Source: Gemmatimonadales bacterium (GTDB taxonomy: Bacteria; Gemmatimonadota; Gemmatimonadetes; Gemmatimonadales; GWC2-71-9). Taken from it: DNA of 26,914 nucleotides. The notes under the pieces were generated by a model. The model had not been told where the DNA came from, searched no databases, and saw nothing but the letters and a program-made list of their open reading frames with translations. Shown here piece by piece: positions 16,508-25,101 of the stretch. A program made the translations under genes and the position numbers. Where the stretch lies: positions 1 to 26,914 of the forward strand of contig DASYXP010000037.1 of NCBI GenBank assembly GCA_035934835.1, in the 5' to 3' direction. The stretch's first letter is position 1; every line of letters starts with the position of its first letter.

Positions 16508-18063
16508 TCGCCGTCCAGGAACGCGGTGGGACGCAGGGCGCCGGCGAGCGGCAGGTACTCGGCCCAGTGGGAGGTGGCGCCGACCACCAGCCGGGCGTGC
16601 GCCGGCGACGCGGGGAACTGCCCGAAGGCGGGGTCGACCGGCACCCAGTCGCCGATGAACGCCTCGGCCCAGGTGTGGCGCCGCACGCCGCCCCGGCCGA
16701 CCAGGAGCCCGGCCACGGGGCGCGCCGGCAGCCCCACCCGCCGGGCCAGCGCGGTGAAGAGGATGGCCATCCCCGCCGCATTCGCGCGCCGGCGTGCCAG
16801 CACCTGGGCCGCGGTGGGCCAGGGCCCGCCGGCGCTGTCGTCGACGAACACGATGTTCCGGTGGATCCACCGGACCAGGCTTGCGGTGGCGAAGCGCGCG
16901 CTGGTCTCCGTGCCGACCACGCGCCGGGCCAGCGCGGTGACGGCGGAGTCGTCCGGCGACAACCGTGGCTCGCCGCGGAGCGCGCGGATGAAGCGGATGT
17001 CGGTCATCGGGATCGGCTGGAGCGGCCGCATCGGGTCGCGGAGCGGCGCGAACGGGATCCGGGTGAGCGCCAATGTGTCGCCGGTGAACGACTGCATCGG
17101 TCCCGCGCCCTGCAGGTCGGAATACTCCGCCCCGGGGAGGATCACCCGCCACCCGACGTTCCCCGCCGCCAGCGCCGAATCGGCCGGGCCGGCAGTGACC
17201 GGGAGCGTCGGCAACCCGGCCGGCGGGTGAGCCGAGTCGCTGAGGGCCTTGAGTCCGTCGTTGGCGAACTCGAAGGCGGTGCGCTCGAAGGTGAGGCCGC
17301 CGCCGGTCCAGATCCGCACCGGGAACCCGTTGACGTCGTACCAGGCGTGGGTCGGCACCCCGTGCTGCACGAGGGCCACGCGCCACGCCCGGAGCGTGTC
17401 GGTGCGCGCCACCTGGTAGCCGGTGTCGGTCTTCACCACGCTGTCGGGGATCACGAAGGTCGAGTCGCCGGTGACGGTGACGCCGATGGCGTAGTACTCG
17501 AGCGTGGCCGGATCGAACACCGGATGGCTCACGGTGGCGCCGACGGCCGGGCGCTCCCGGTACGCCATCTGGATCGGGAAGGCCCCCAGCGGCAGGAGCG
17601 GTCCGTCGATCCGCTGCACCGACCGCCACGGCCCACCGGTCGAGTCGATCGTGCCCGTGAGCAGCGAGTCACCGCGCGTGGTGATGGTGGCCCCGGCCTT
17701 CCCTTCGGGGCCCGACAGCTGGACGTCCATCCAGCGCAGGCCGAGCCGGGTGGTGAGGAATGCGTTGCTGGAGAATTCGTGGCGCTCCGGCCCGTGCGGC
17801 CCGGCGAGCACCACGACCAGCCGCTCCGAGAGCCGCACTTCCGCCGGTGTCGAATCGGTGGGCGGGAGCGTGTCCACGGTGATCGACGCCAGGCCCACCT
17901 GGCGCGTGCCCCACGAGACCCGGTAATACGCCGCCCCCGGCGGTACCCGCTGCGCCGAGGCCGCCGACCGACCGGCAGGCGCGCCGTAGCGCCGTTCCGC
18001 CAGCCACGCCAGCGACGCGACCCACACCACCAGGATCACCGCCGCGACGGATCCCCGGCTCAC
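16504..18063 (-). CDS. Membrane-anchored transglutaminase-like domain protein lacking the catalytic Cys, 519 aa
   Basis: GTG at 18063 (GTGA overlap). N-terminal TM. C-terminal 'LFTALARRVGLPAR...HTWAE...WVPVDP' transglutaminase core. The protein has no Cys. Confidence 0.8.
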   Translation of the reverse strand: MSRGSVAAVILVVWVASLAWLAERRYGAPAGRSAASAQRVPPGAAYYRVSWGTRQVGLASITVDTLPPTDSTPAEVRLSERLVVVLAGPHGPERHEFSSNAFLTTRLGLRWMDVQLSGPEGKAGATITTRGDSLLTGTIDSTGGPWRSVQRIDGPLLPLGAFPIQMAYRERPAVGATVSHPVFDPATLEYYAIGVTVTGDSTFVIPDSVVKTDTGYQVARTDTLRAWRVALVQHGVPTHAWYDVNGFPVRIWTGGGLTFERTAFEFANDGLKALSDSAHPPAGLPTLPVTAGPADSALAAGNVGWRVILPGAEYSDLQGAGPMQSFTGDTLALTRIPFAPLRDPMRPLQPIPMTDIRFIRALRGEPRLSPDDSAVTALARRVVGTETSARFATASLVRWIHRNIVFVDDSAGGPWPTAAQVLARRRANAAGMAILFTALARRVGLPARPVAGLLVGRGGVRRHTWAEAFIGDWVPVDPAFGQFPASPAHARLVVGATSHWAEYLPLAGALRPTAFLDGE

Positions 18064-18566
18064 GGCGTCCGCCGCCGGCCCAGCGCCGCCTCGATCTCGG
18101 CGCGATCCCCTTCGCGCTCCACCATCACCACCACCGACGCAGGGTACTCCGTCGGCCGGAGCGGGTCGTCGAGGGTGTCGCGGAGGAGTCGGGCCGCCTC
18201 GTCGATCGGGAGCTGCCCCGCGCCCGCGCCCACGAGCGGCATCGCAATGGACACGAGCTGCCACTGCGCCACCCGCTGCCATGCCGAGACCAGCGCGCGG
18301 CGGACGGAGTCGGCGGTCGCGGGCTGCTCCGCCGACTGGATCACTGCGTGGACCACGAACTTGGCCGGAAGGTCGCCGGCGCCCGTCACCACCGCCGCCC
18401 CCGGCACCAGCGCCTGCTGCGTCCGCCGCTGCTCGCGGAAGCGGGGGCCGGCCTGCCGGTCGAGCCGCGCGGCGGCGGTCGTCACCGGGTCGAGCGTTGC
18501 GTCCGCCGGCCGGATGACGGCGTCGACCTCCGCGAATGCGATATCGTCCACCTTGACCTCGATCAC
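18060..18566 (-). CDS. Macro (Appr-1-p processing) domain protein, degenerate motifs
   Basis: 'IEVKVDDIA..VDAVI', 'PGAAVVTGAGDLPAKFVVHAV' and 'SIAMPLVGAG' match the macro fold pattern. Confidence 0.8.
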   Translation of the reverse strand: MIEVKVDDIAFAEVDAVIRPADATLDPVTTAAARLDRQAGPRFREQRRTQQALVPGAAVVTGAGDLPAKFVVHAVIQSAEQPATADSVRRALVSAWQRVAQWQLVSIAMPLVGAGAGQLPIDEAARLLRDTLDDPLRPTEYPASVVVMVEREGDRAEIEAALGRRRTP

Positions 18567-19387
18567 CGCGCGGCCTCCCGGGCCCGCCGGTACATCTCGC
18601 GGGCTTCCTCGCTCCGGCCCTGCCGGTCGAGGATGCGTCCCAGGAGGTGGTACGCTCGCCCCTGCCGGAGGTCGAGCTCGGCGGCGCGGCGGAGCGCGGC
18701 CTCCGCCCCAGCCAGGTCGCCCTGGTGGTGGAGCGCTTCGCCGAGGTAGAAATGCGCCGGCGCGTTGGCCGGGGCGACGTGGATCGCGTGCTGCAGCGTC
18801 TCCACCGCCTCGGCCGGGAGGCCCTTGCGGTGCAGCAGGAGGCCAAGCTGGAAGAGCGACGCGGGATGCTCCGGCGACTCCCGCAACGCCCGGCGGAGGT
18901 CGGCTTCGGCCTCAGCATAGCGCTTGAGGAGGCCCAGCACGGCGCCACGCTGGCAGAGCAGGCCGGCGTCCGTGGGGCGGTCCGCAAGGGCCAGGGTCAA
19001 CTGGTCCACCGCGCCCTCCAGATCCTCCTGCGCCTCGAGGATCGTCGCGAGCGCCGCGCGGGCCTCGACGTGATGTTCATCCAGCTCAAGGAGCGAACGG
19101 TAGGTGATCACCGCCTCCGACGGACGCTGGCGCGCCACCTGCTCGGCGGCCCGCCGGAAGAGGAGGTCGCTCTCGGACCCCTCGGCCAGCGGGTCGGTGA
19201 CCACGATGTCATCGCTGGGAAGGCCGGCGGCGAGCGGACGGAGCGGGAAACGGACGTCCGCGCGGGAGGGGTACGGTTCGCCCTCCATGCCGTCGGGGGT
19301 GAAGAGGTCGTGGAGCGCCGGGTCGCGATCGGCGCTGCGGCTCTGGCGGAAGCGGCGCATGGATGGGATGTATGGTAATCGGGCCAT
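18563..19387 (-). CDS. Tetratricopeptide repeat protein
   Basis: About five TPR-like units (e.g. AHFYLGEALHHQGDLAGAEAAL). Start could be the ATG at 19387 or at 19360. Confidence 0.85.
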   Translation of the reverse strand: MARLPYIPSMRRFRQSRSADRDPALHDLFTPDGMEGEPYPSRADVRFPLRPLAAGLPSDDIVVTDPLAEGSESDLLFRRAAEQVARQRPSEAVITYRSLLELDEHHVEARAALATILEAQEDLEGAVDQLTLALADRPTDAGLLCQRGAVLGLLKRYAEAEADLRRALRESPEHPASLFQLGLLLHRKGLPAEAVETLQHAIHVAPANAPAHFYLGEALHHQGDLAGAEAALRRAAELDLRQGRAYHLLGRILDRQGRSEEAREMYRRAREAAR

Positions 19388-19405
19388 CAGCTATCAGCTA
19401 TCAGC
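19384..19405. repeat. Heptamer tandem repeat (CTATCAG type)
   Basis: CCATCAG CTATCAG CTATCAG C. Confidence 0.75.
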
Positions 19406-19432
19406 GTTGGTGAGAGATCCTGCCGTCCCGTG

Positions 19433-19487
19433 CCACGCGCCACCCGCATGCACCACCCGTGACCCGCCCCTCGCCACGTACCACCCC
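19433..19487. repeat. Degenerate heptamer tandem repeat (CCACCCG type)
   Basis: CCACGCG CCACCCG CATGCA CCACCCG TGACCCG CCCCTCG CCACGTA CCACCCC. Confidence 0.6.
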
Positions 19488-19525
19488 TTGAATGCGCCCC
19501 ACCATCCCGGGTACCCTACAAGGCT

Positions 19526-22444
19526 ATGGCCCAGGACTCCCTCGTCGTACGCGGCGCCCGCGAACACAACCTCCAGAACGTCTCGGTCACCATCCCCCGC
19601 GACAAGCTGACGGTCATCACCGGGCTGTCGGGGTCGGGGAAGTCCTCGCTCGCCTTCGATACGATCTACGCCGAGGGCCAGCGCCGCTACGTGGAGTCGC
19701 TCTCCGCGTATGCCCGCCAGTTCCTCGGGCTGATGGAAAAGCCCGACGTCGACGCGATCGAGGGACTGTCGCCGGCCATCTCGATCGAGCAGAAGTCCGC
19801 GTCGCAGAACCCGCGTTCGACCGTCGGCACCGTCACCGAGATCTACGACTACCTGCGGCTCCTCTGGGCCCGGACCGGCGTCCCGCACTGTCCCAACGAC
19901 GGCACGCCGATCACCCGCCAGAGTGCCTCCCAGATCACCGACACCATCCTCGGCTGGCCCGAGGGGACGCGGATCGAGGTCCTGGCGCCGCTGGTGCGGG
20001 GCCGCAAGGGGGAATTCCGCGACCTCTTCGAGGACGCCCGCCGTCAGGGCTTCGCGCGCGTCCGGGTCAACGGCACCACCTACGAGCTCGACCAGGTGCC
20101 GACCCTCGAACGCCGGAAGAACCACGACATCGCCGTCGTGGTGGACCGGCTCGTCGTGCGCGAGTCCGACCGCGGGCGGCTCAATGATTCGGTCGAGACC
20201 GCGCTCCGCGCCGCCGACGGTGTGGTCGAGGTCGTGCAGCATGGTGAACGGGGAACAGTGACCAGTGAACGGGGCCCGTCAGGCAAGTCCCGTTCCCCGT
20301 TGACCGTTGACCGTTCACACATTTTTTCGGAGAGGTTCGGCTGCCCCGTCTGCGGATTGTCGCTGCCGGAGCTCGAGCCGCGCCAGTTCTCCTTCAACTC
20401 CCCCTTCGGCGCCTGCCCCGACTGCCACGGCGTAGGCACCCGACGCGAGGTGAACGCCGACCTGGTCCTGGGCGACGCGAGCATCTCGATCCTCGAAGGC
20501 GTGATCCTCCCCTGGGGCGAGCCGAGCGGCTACCTGCGGAAGGTCGTGCTTCCCACCCTCGCCAAGGCGTTCAAGTTCGACCTCAACGCCCCGTGGCGCG
20601 ACCACAGCGCCGCCGCCAAGCACGCCATCCTGCACGGCGAGCCGGGGCGGGTGCTCAAGTTCGCCGCCGAGGGATCCAAGAAGTCCGAGTACGAAAGCGA
20701 CTGGGAGGGCGTCCTCCGGAACGTCGAGCGCCGGTACCGCGAGACCACCAGCGACTCGATCCGGGTCGAGCTCGAGGACTTCATGGTGGAGCAGCCCTGC
20801 CAGACCTGCCACGGACGGCGGCTCAAGCCGGAGAGCCTCTCGGTCACCGTGGGCGGGAAGGGGATCGGCGAGGTGGTCGAGATGCCGGTCGACCTGGCGC
20901 TGGAGTTCTTCGGCGGGCTCGGTGCGAAGGCGGACGGGAAGCGTGATAAAGGAAAGTGGAACGGCGGCCTCGACGCCGAAGTGTCCGGGCCGATCCTCAA
21001 GGAGGTCGTCGACCGGCTCCGCTTCCTGCGCGACGTGGGGCTCGCCTACCTGACCCTCGGGCGGGGGGCGGCGTCGCTCTCCGGCGGCGAGGTCCAGCGC
21101 ATCCGCCTCGCGACCCAGATCGGTTCCCGGTTGGTGGGCGTGCTCTACATCCTGGACGAGCCGAGCATCGGGCTGCACCAGCGCGACAACGAGCGGCTCC
21201 TCTCCACGTTGCGCGAGCTCCGCGACCTCGGCAACACGGTCATCGTGGTGGAACACGATGAGGATACCATCCGCGCCGCCGACCACGTCATCGACCTGGG
21301 CCCCGGGGCCGGGAAGCTCGGCGGCAAGGTGGTGGCCGAGGGGACCGTCCAGGAGATCATCAGGCATCCGACCTCGCTCACCGCGCGCTACCTCCGGCGC
21401 GAGCTCCGCGTCCGCGTGCCGCCCAAGCGGCGCCCCGGCAACGGCGAGCGGCTCAAGATCGTCGGCGCCTCGGGGAACAACCTCAAGGACCTGACGGTCG
21501 ACGTGCCGCTCGGCAAGTTCGTCGCCGTCACCGGCGTGTCCGGGTCGGGGAAGTCGACGCTCGTCACCGACATCCTGTACCAGGCGCTGGCGCGGCATTT
21601 CTATCGCGCCAAGGTGGTGCCGGGGCAGCACAAGCGCATCGAAGGGCTCGACAAGATCGACAAGGTCATCGACATCGACCAGAGCCCCATCGGGCGGACG
21701 CCGCGCTCCAATCCGGCCACCTACACCGGGCTCTTCACGCCGATCCGGGAGGTGTTCACCCAGCTGCCGGAGGCCAAGATCCGCGGCTACGGCCCGGGAC
21801 GGTTCTCGTTCAACGTCAAGGGCGGGCGGTGCGAGGCCTGCCAGGGTGACGGCCTCGTCAAGATCGAGATGCACTTCCTGCCGGACGTCTACGTGCCGTG
21901 CGAGGTGTGCAAGGGGCGGCGCTACAATCGAGAGACCCTCGAGGTGCGCTTCAAGGGCCGGAGCATCGCCGACGTGCTCGACCTCACCGTGGCGGACGCC
22001 AGGGAGTTCTTCGAGGCGCAGCCCCGCATCGCCGAGAAGCTCGAACTCCTGAACGATGTGGGGCTGGGCTACATCCACCTGGGCCAGGCGGCCACCACGC
22101 TCTCCGGCGGCGAGGCACAGCGGGTCAAGCTCGCCACCGAACTCTCGAAGCGCGACACCGGCCGGACCCTCTACATCCTCGACGAGCCGACCACCGGGCT
22201 CCACTTCGAGGACGTCCGGCTCCTGCTCGAGGTGCTGCATCGGCTGGTGGACAAGGGGAACAGCGTCGTCGTCATCGAACACAACCTCGACGTCCTCAAG
22301 ACCGCCGACTGGATCATCGACCTCGGCCCGGAAGGGGGCGAGGGCGGCGGCCGGATCGTCGCCGAGGGGGCGCCGGAGCAGGTGGCCGCCACGAAGGGGA
22401 GCTTCACCGGCGAGTTCCTCAAGCGGACGCTGGCGGAAGTGTAG
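19526..22444 (+). CDS. uvrA: Excinuclease ABC subunit A
   Basis: Two Walker A motifs ([16 protein letters not shown]), two LSGGE signatures, LDEP Walker B motifs, zinc-finger Cys and 'TPRSNPATY'. Confidence 0.98.
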   Translation: MAQDSLVVRGAREHNLQNVSVTIPRDKLTVITGLSGSGKSSLAFDTIYAEGQRRYVESLSAYARQFLGLMEKPDVDAIEGLSPAISIEQKSASQNPRSTVGTVTEIYDYLRLLWARTGVPHCPNDGTPITRQSASQITDTILGWPEGTRIEVLAPLVRGRKGEFRDLFEDARRQGFARVRVNGTTYELDQVPTLERRKNHDIAVVVDRLVVRESDRGRLNDSVETALRAADGVVEVVQHGERGTVTSERGPSGKSRSPLTVDRSHIFSERFGCPVCGLSLPELEPRQFSFNSPFGACPDCHGVGTRREVNADLVLGDASISILEGVILPWGEPSGYLRKVVLPTLAKAFKFDLNAPWRDHSAAAKHAILHGEPGRVLKFAAEGSKKSEYESDWEGVLRNVERRYRETTSDSIRVELEDFMVEQPCQTCHGRRLKPESLSVTVGGKGIGEVVEMPVDLALEFFGGLGAKADGKRDKGKWNGGLDAEVSGPILKEVVDRLRFLRDVGLAYLTLGRGAASLSGGEVQRIRLATQIGSRLVGVLYILDEPSIGLHQRDNERLLSTLRELRDLGNTVIVVEHDEDTIRAADHVIDLGPGAGKLGGKVVAEGTVQEIIRHPTSLTARYLRRELRVRVPPKRRPGNGERLKIVGASGNNLKDLTVDVPLGKFVAVTGVSGSGKSTLVTDILYQALARHFYRAKVVPGQHKRIEGLDKIDKVIDIDQSPIGRTPRSNPATYTGLFTPIREVFTQLPEAKIRGYGPGRFSFNVKGGRCEACQGDGLVKIEMHFLPDVYVPCEVCKGRRYNRETLEVRFKGRSIADVLDLTVADAREFFEAQPRIAEKLELLNDVGLGYIHLGQAATTLSGGEAQRVKLATELSKRDTGRTLYILDEPTTGLHFEDVRLLLEVLHRLVDKGNSVVVIEHNLDVLKTADWIIDLGPEGGEGGGRIVAEGAPEQVAATKGSFTGEFLKRTLAEV
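20244..20318. repeat. 75-bp imperfect inverted repeat of heptamer units, in frame inside uvrA
   Basis: Left arm G-TGAACGG-GGAACAG-TGACCAG-TGAACGG. Reverse complement of the right arm G-TGAACGG-TCAACGG-TCAACGG-GGAACGG. Confidence 0.8.
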
Positions 22445-22455
22445 GCGAGGCCTCG

Positions 22456-22671
22456 ATGAAGTACGAAAGCATCCTCGGTGCCCTCAGCTACGCCAACGGC
22501 CACGACGTGGCGGTGCGGATCATCACCACCGATGGCACCGAGGTCGTCGGGATCCCCACCTCGGTCGACGTCCATATCACCGCCCACGAGGTCTACCTCA
22601 AGCCGCTGGGCGATGACGAGACCGAGATCGCGCTGTCGCTCGGCGAGATCGTGGCGGTGGAGTTGGTCTGA
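22456..22671 (+). CDS. Small hypothetical protein, possible Sm/SH3-like beta-barrel, 71 aa
   Basis: ATG at 22456 after GAGG, GC3-rich codon usage. Reads MKYESILGALSYANGHDVAVRIITTDGTEVVGIPTSVD...IALSLGEIVAVELV. Confidence 0.72.
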   Translation: MKYESILGALSYANGHDVAVRIITTDGTEVVGIPTSVDVHITAHEVYLKPLGDDETEIALSLGEIVAVELV

Positions 22672-22672
22672 C

Positions 22673-22744
22673 GGCGGGGTAGCGGGTGGCGCGTCCCGGC
22701 CCGCTTACCGCTTGCCGCTTACCTCTCACCGCTCACCGCTTACC
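22673..22744. repeat. Heptamer repeat element with inverted arms (CCGCTTA type)
   Basis: Six units CCGCTTA CCGCTTG CCGCTTA CCTCTCA CCGCTCA CCGCTTA (22701-22742), preceded by opposite-sense GGCGGGG TAGCGGG TGGCGCG. Confidence 0.8.
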
Positions 22745-22753
22745 TTTCCCCCC

Positions 22754-23419
22754 ATGGTCTCCCTCCTCGACATCATCGGTCCCGTGATGGTCGGTCCGTC
22801 CTCCTCGCATACCGCGGGGGCGTGCCGGATCGGGCTCATCGCGCGCGGGATGGTGGGTGGCACGCCTGAGACCGCCAAGGTCGAGCTCCACGGCTCGTTC
22901 GCCCGCACCGGCGTGGGGCACGGGACCGACCGGGCCATTGCGGGCGGGCTGATGGGCTTCGCCCCGGACGACGAGCGGCTCCGGGAGTCGCTGGAGCTGG
23001 CCAAGAAGGCGGGACTCGCGATCGAGTTCGCCAACGTCAAGCTCCGCGGCGACCACCATCCCAACACCACCCGCATCGCCCTGACCCACGGCGCCGTCAC
23101 GGCCACCGTCATCGGGTCCTCGCTCGGCGCCGGCCGGATCCTCATCACCGAGATCGACGGCTATCCGGTCGAGATCACCGGCAGTTATCCGGTGCTCGTC
23201 ATCGTCGCGCACGACGAACCGGGGATCGTGGCGAAGGTCTCGGGCGTCCTGGCGGCGGAGCAGAACAACATCTCCACGATGCGCGTCTCCCGCCGCCAGA
23301 AGGGCGGCGATGCGATCCACATCTACGAGCTCGACGCCCCGGCGTCCCCGGCCGCGGTCGAACGCATCAAGGCGCTGCCCGCGATCAAGGTGCTGCGCTC
23401 CATCGACCGGGTGGCCTGA
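22754..23419 (+). CDS. sdaAB: L-serine dehydratase (Fe-S dependent) beta subunit with C-terminal ACT domain
   Basis: 'DIIGPVMVGPSSSHTAGA', 'GHGTDRAI' and 'HHPNT'. ATG at 22754. Confidence 0.95.
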   Translation: MVSLLDIIGPVMVGPSSSHTAGACRIGLIARGMVGGTPETAKVELHGSFARTGVGHGTDRAIAGGLMGFAPDDERLRESLELAKKAGLAIEFANVKLRGDHHPNTTRIALTHGAVTATVIGSSLGAGRILITEIDGYPVEITGSYPVLVIVAHDEPGIVAKVSGVLAAEQNNISTMRVSRRQKGGDAIHIYELDAPASPAAVERIKALPAIKVLRSIDRVA

Positions 23420-24297
23420 TGTTCGACTCCCTTGCCGATGCGGTCGCGCGCGCCGAGTCCGAGCGGGTCTCACTCGGCGAACTGGCGCTCCGGGTGGAGG
23501 CCGAAGCGGGGCTCAAGACCCGCGCGGAGATCGAGCGGAGCCTGCAGCGCGCGCTCGACGTGATGCGGAGCGCCATCGCCCGGGGCGACCAGGGCGACCT
23601 CAAGAGCGTGAGCGGACTCGTCGGCGGCGACGCGGCCCGGCTCCGCGCCCCCAAGGGCCCGCTCGGCGGGACGCTCTTCACCGACGTCCTGGCCGGGGCG
23701 CTGGCGGTGCAGGAGGTGAACGCCGCGATGGGCGTCATCGTCGCTGCCCCGACCGCCGGCGGCGCCGGCGTGCTCCCGGGGGTCCTGCTCGGGATCGCCG
23801 CCCGGAAGGGCCTCGACGACGCCACCCTGGTCCGTGGGCTGGCCATCGCGGGGTTGGTCGGGGCGGTCGTGGCGGTGCGTGCATCCCTGAGCGGCGCGGA
23901 GGGTGGGTGCCAGGCGGAGACCGGCGCGGCGGCCGGCATGGCCGCGGCGGCGGGGATCGAGGTCCTCGGCGGCACGCCCCGTCAGGCGGCCCACGCCGTC
24001 GCGCTGACGATGCAGGGCACCCTCGGGCTCGTCTGCGATCCGCTCGGCGGGCTGGTCGAGGTCCCCTGCGTCTACCGGAACGCCACCGGCGGGGCGATGG
24101 CCCTGGCAGGGATCGAGATGGCGCTGGCCGGGGTGGAGTTCCCCATACCGGTGGACGAGGTCATCGACACCATGGGGGAGATCGGCCGATCGATGGACGT
24201 CCGCTACCGGGAGACCGCGGGTGGCGGGCTGGCGGCCACTCCCACCGGCCGGAAGCTCGCCAAGGAGCGGCTGGTACAATTGAAGAAAGGGCGGTAG
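23419..24297 (+). CDS. sdaAA: L-serine dehydratase (Fe-S dependent) alpha subunit
   Basis: 'IVAAPTAGGAGVLPG', 'GGCQAE' and 'LGLVCDP..GLVEVPC..RN' (three Fe-S Cys). TGATG overlap with sdaAB. Confidence 0.95.
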   Translation: MFDSLADAVARAESERVSLGELALRVEAEAGLKTRAEIERSLQRALDVMRSAIARGDQGDLKSVSGLVGGDAARLRAPKGPLGGTLFTDVLAGALAVQEVNAAMGVIVAAPTAGGAGVLPGVLLGIAARKGLDDATLVRGLAIAGLVGAVVAVRASLSGAEGGCQAETGAAAGMAAAAGIEVLGGTPRQAAHAVALTMQGTLGLVCDPLGGLVEVPCVYRNATGGAMALAGIEMALAGVEFPIPVDEVIDTMGEIGRSMDVRYRETAGGGLAATPTGRKLAKERLVQLKKGR

Positions 24298-24309
24298 GTG
24301 GGGGGGCGT

Positions 24310-24399
24310 GGTGCTAGGTGCCGGGTGCGATCAGGACCTGATTTGCACCGCGGTGGCCGCCAAAGTTCCGGTCACCTCCAGCCCCTAGCACCTCACACC
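24310..24399. repeat. Degenerate heptamer arms in inverted orientation around an inner palindrome
   Basis: GGTGCTAGG (24310-24318) and CCTAGCACC (24384-24392) are perfect inverted copies within GTGCTAG/CTAGCAC-type heptamer runs. Inner palindrome ATCAGG-A-CCTGAT (24330-24342). Confidence 0.6.
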
Positions 24400-24407
24400 T
24401 TCCAATC

Positions 24408-24434
24408 TGAAACATCCTGAAACGTCCCCCCGTA
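24408..24434 (+). promoter_or_regulatory. ECF-sigma-type promoter TGAAAC-N17-CGTA
   Basis: TGAAAC 24408-24413 and CGTA 24431-24434, 9 bp before the ATG at 24444. A second TGAAAC lies at 24418-24423. Confidence 0.5.
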
Positions 24435-24443
24435 GGTGCACCC

Positions 24444-24830
24444 ATGATCGAACATCAGATGGCCGGGCGACCGGGTGATCCCGGCCTCAAGTGGGTGATC
24501 CTTGGCGGAGTGGCGGGGGTCGGCACGTTCCTGGTCTTTCTGGCCGCGTTGGCGGATCAGCTCCGGTTCACCGACCCCGGGGCAGTTCCGGCCGTGGCGA
24601 TCATGGGGCTGGCGGGGGCTGCGGGGTTCGCGGCCCTGGCACTCGGCCCCGTCGGCCGGGCGATGGCCAAGCGGATCGTCGGATCCGACCAGTCGGTCAC
24701 CGCCCAGGTCGACGGCGAATTGCAGGACATGCGCCTCCAGGTCGAGGACCTGCGGCAGGCGCTCACTGAGACGCACGACCGGCTCGACTTCACCGAGCGC
24801 CTCCTCGCGGGCAGCGAGAAGCGGAGCTGA
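24444..24830 (+). CDS. Paralog 1/7: small membrane protein (2 TM + coiled coil, ERLDF-type motif)
   Basis: GPVGRAMAKRI ... ETHDRLDFTERLL. Confidence 0.85.
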   Translation: MIEHQMAGRPGDPGLKWVILGGVAGVGTFLVFLAALADQLRFTDPGAVPAVAIMGLAGAAGFAALALGPVGRAMAKRIVGSDQSVTAQVDGELQDMRLQVEDLRQALTETHDRLDFTERLLAGSEKRS

Positions 24831-24831
24831 C

Positions 24832-25101
24832 ATGGACGGATTCGTGGGGAGCCTGACGGGGCTGGTCGCGGTGCTTGCGATCTTCGGCGTGCCGGGCGTC
24901 TGGCTCCTCGGCAAGTCGGATATCGGCAAGGCCATCGTGGAACGCATCCGGCACGGCACCCACGGACTTCCGGACCCGCAGTTGTTGGCGGAACTCGACG
25001 AGATGAAGGACCAGCTGGCCGAGGTCCAGGACCGGCTCGAGTTCGCGGAGCGGACCATGGCCGCGCTCAAGCCGGGTGCTGCCCGCGCGAGCAGCACGTA
25101 G
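24832..25101 (+). CDS. Paralog 2/7: small membrane protein (1 TM + coiled coil), 89 aa
   Basis: ATG at 24832, 1 bp after the previous stop. SDIGKAIVERI ... EVQDRLEFAERTM. Confidence 0.85.
   Translation: MDGFVGSLTGLVAVLAIFGVPGVWLLGKSDIGKAIVERIRHGTHGLPDPQLLAELDEMKDQLAEVQDRLEFAERTMAALKPGAARASST

Noticed and set aside
19388-19525. LexA box upstream of uvrA
   Set aside because: No CTGT-N8-ACAG or GAAC-N4-GTTC match seen. A lineage-specific box cannot be excluded.
19886-19900. UvrA first zinc-finger half reads CPND rather than CxxC
   Set aside because: This position is known to vary in UvrA (CPDH in E. coli), so it is not unusual.
22701-22744. Repeat arrays as CRISPR
   Set aside because: Units are 7 bp and contiguous, with no spacers and no cas genes.
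24332-24347. Sigma54-like CAGGACCTGATTTGCA
   Set aside because: GG-to-GC spacing is 9, not the required 10.
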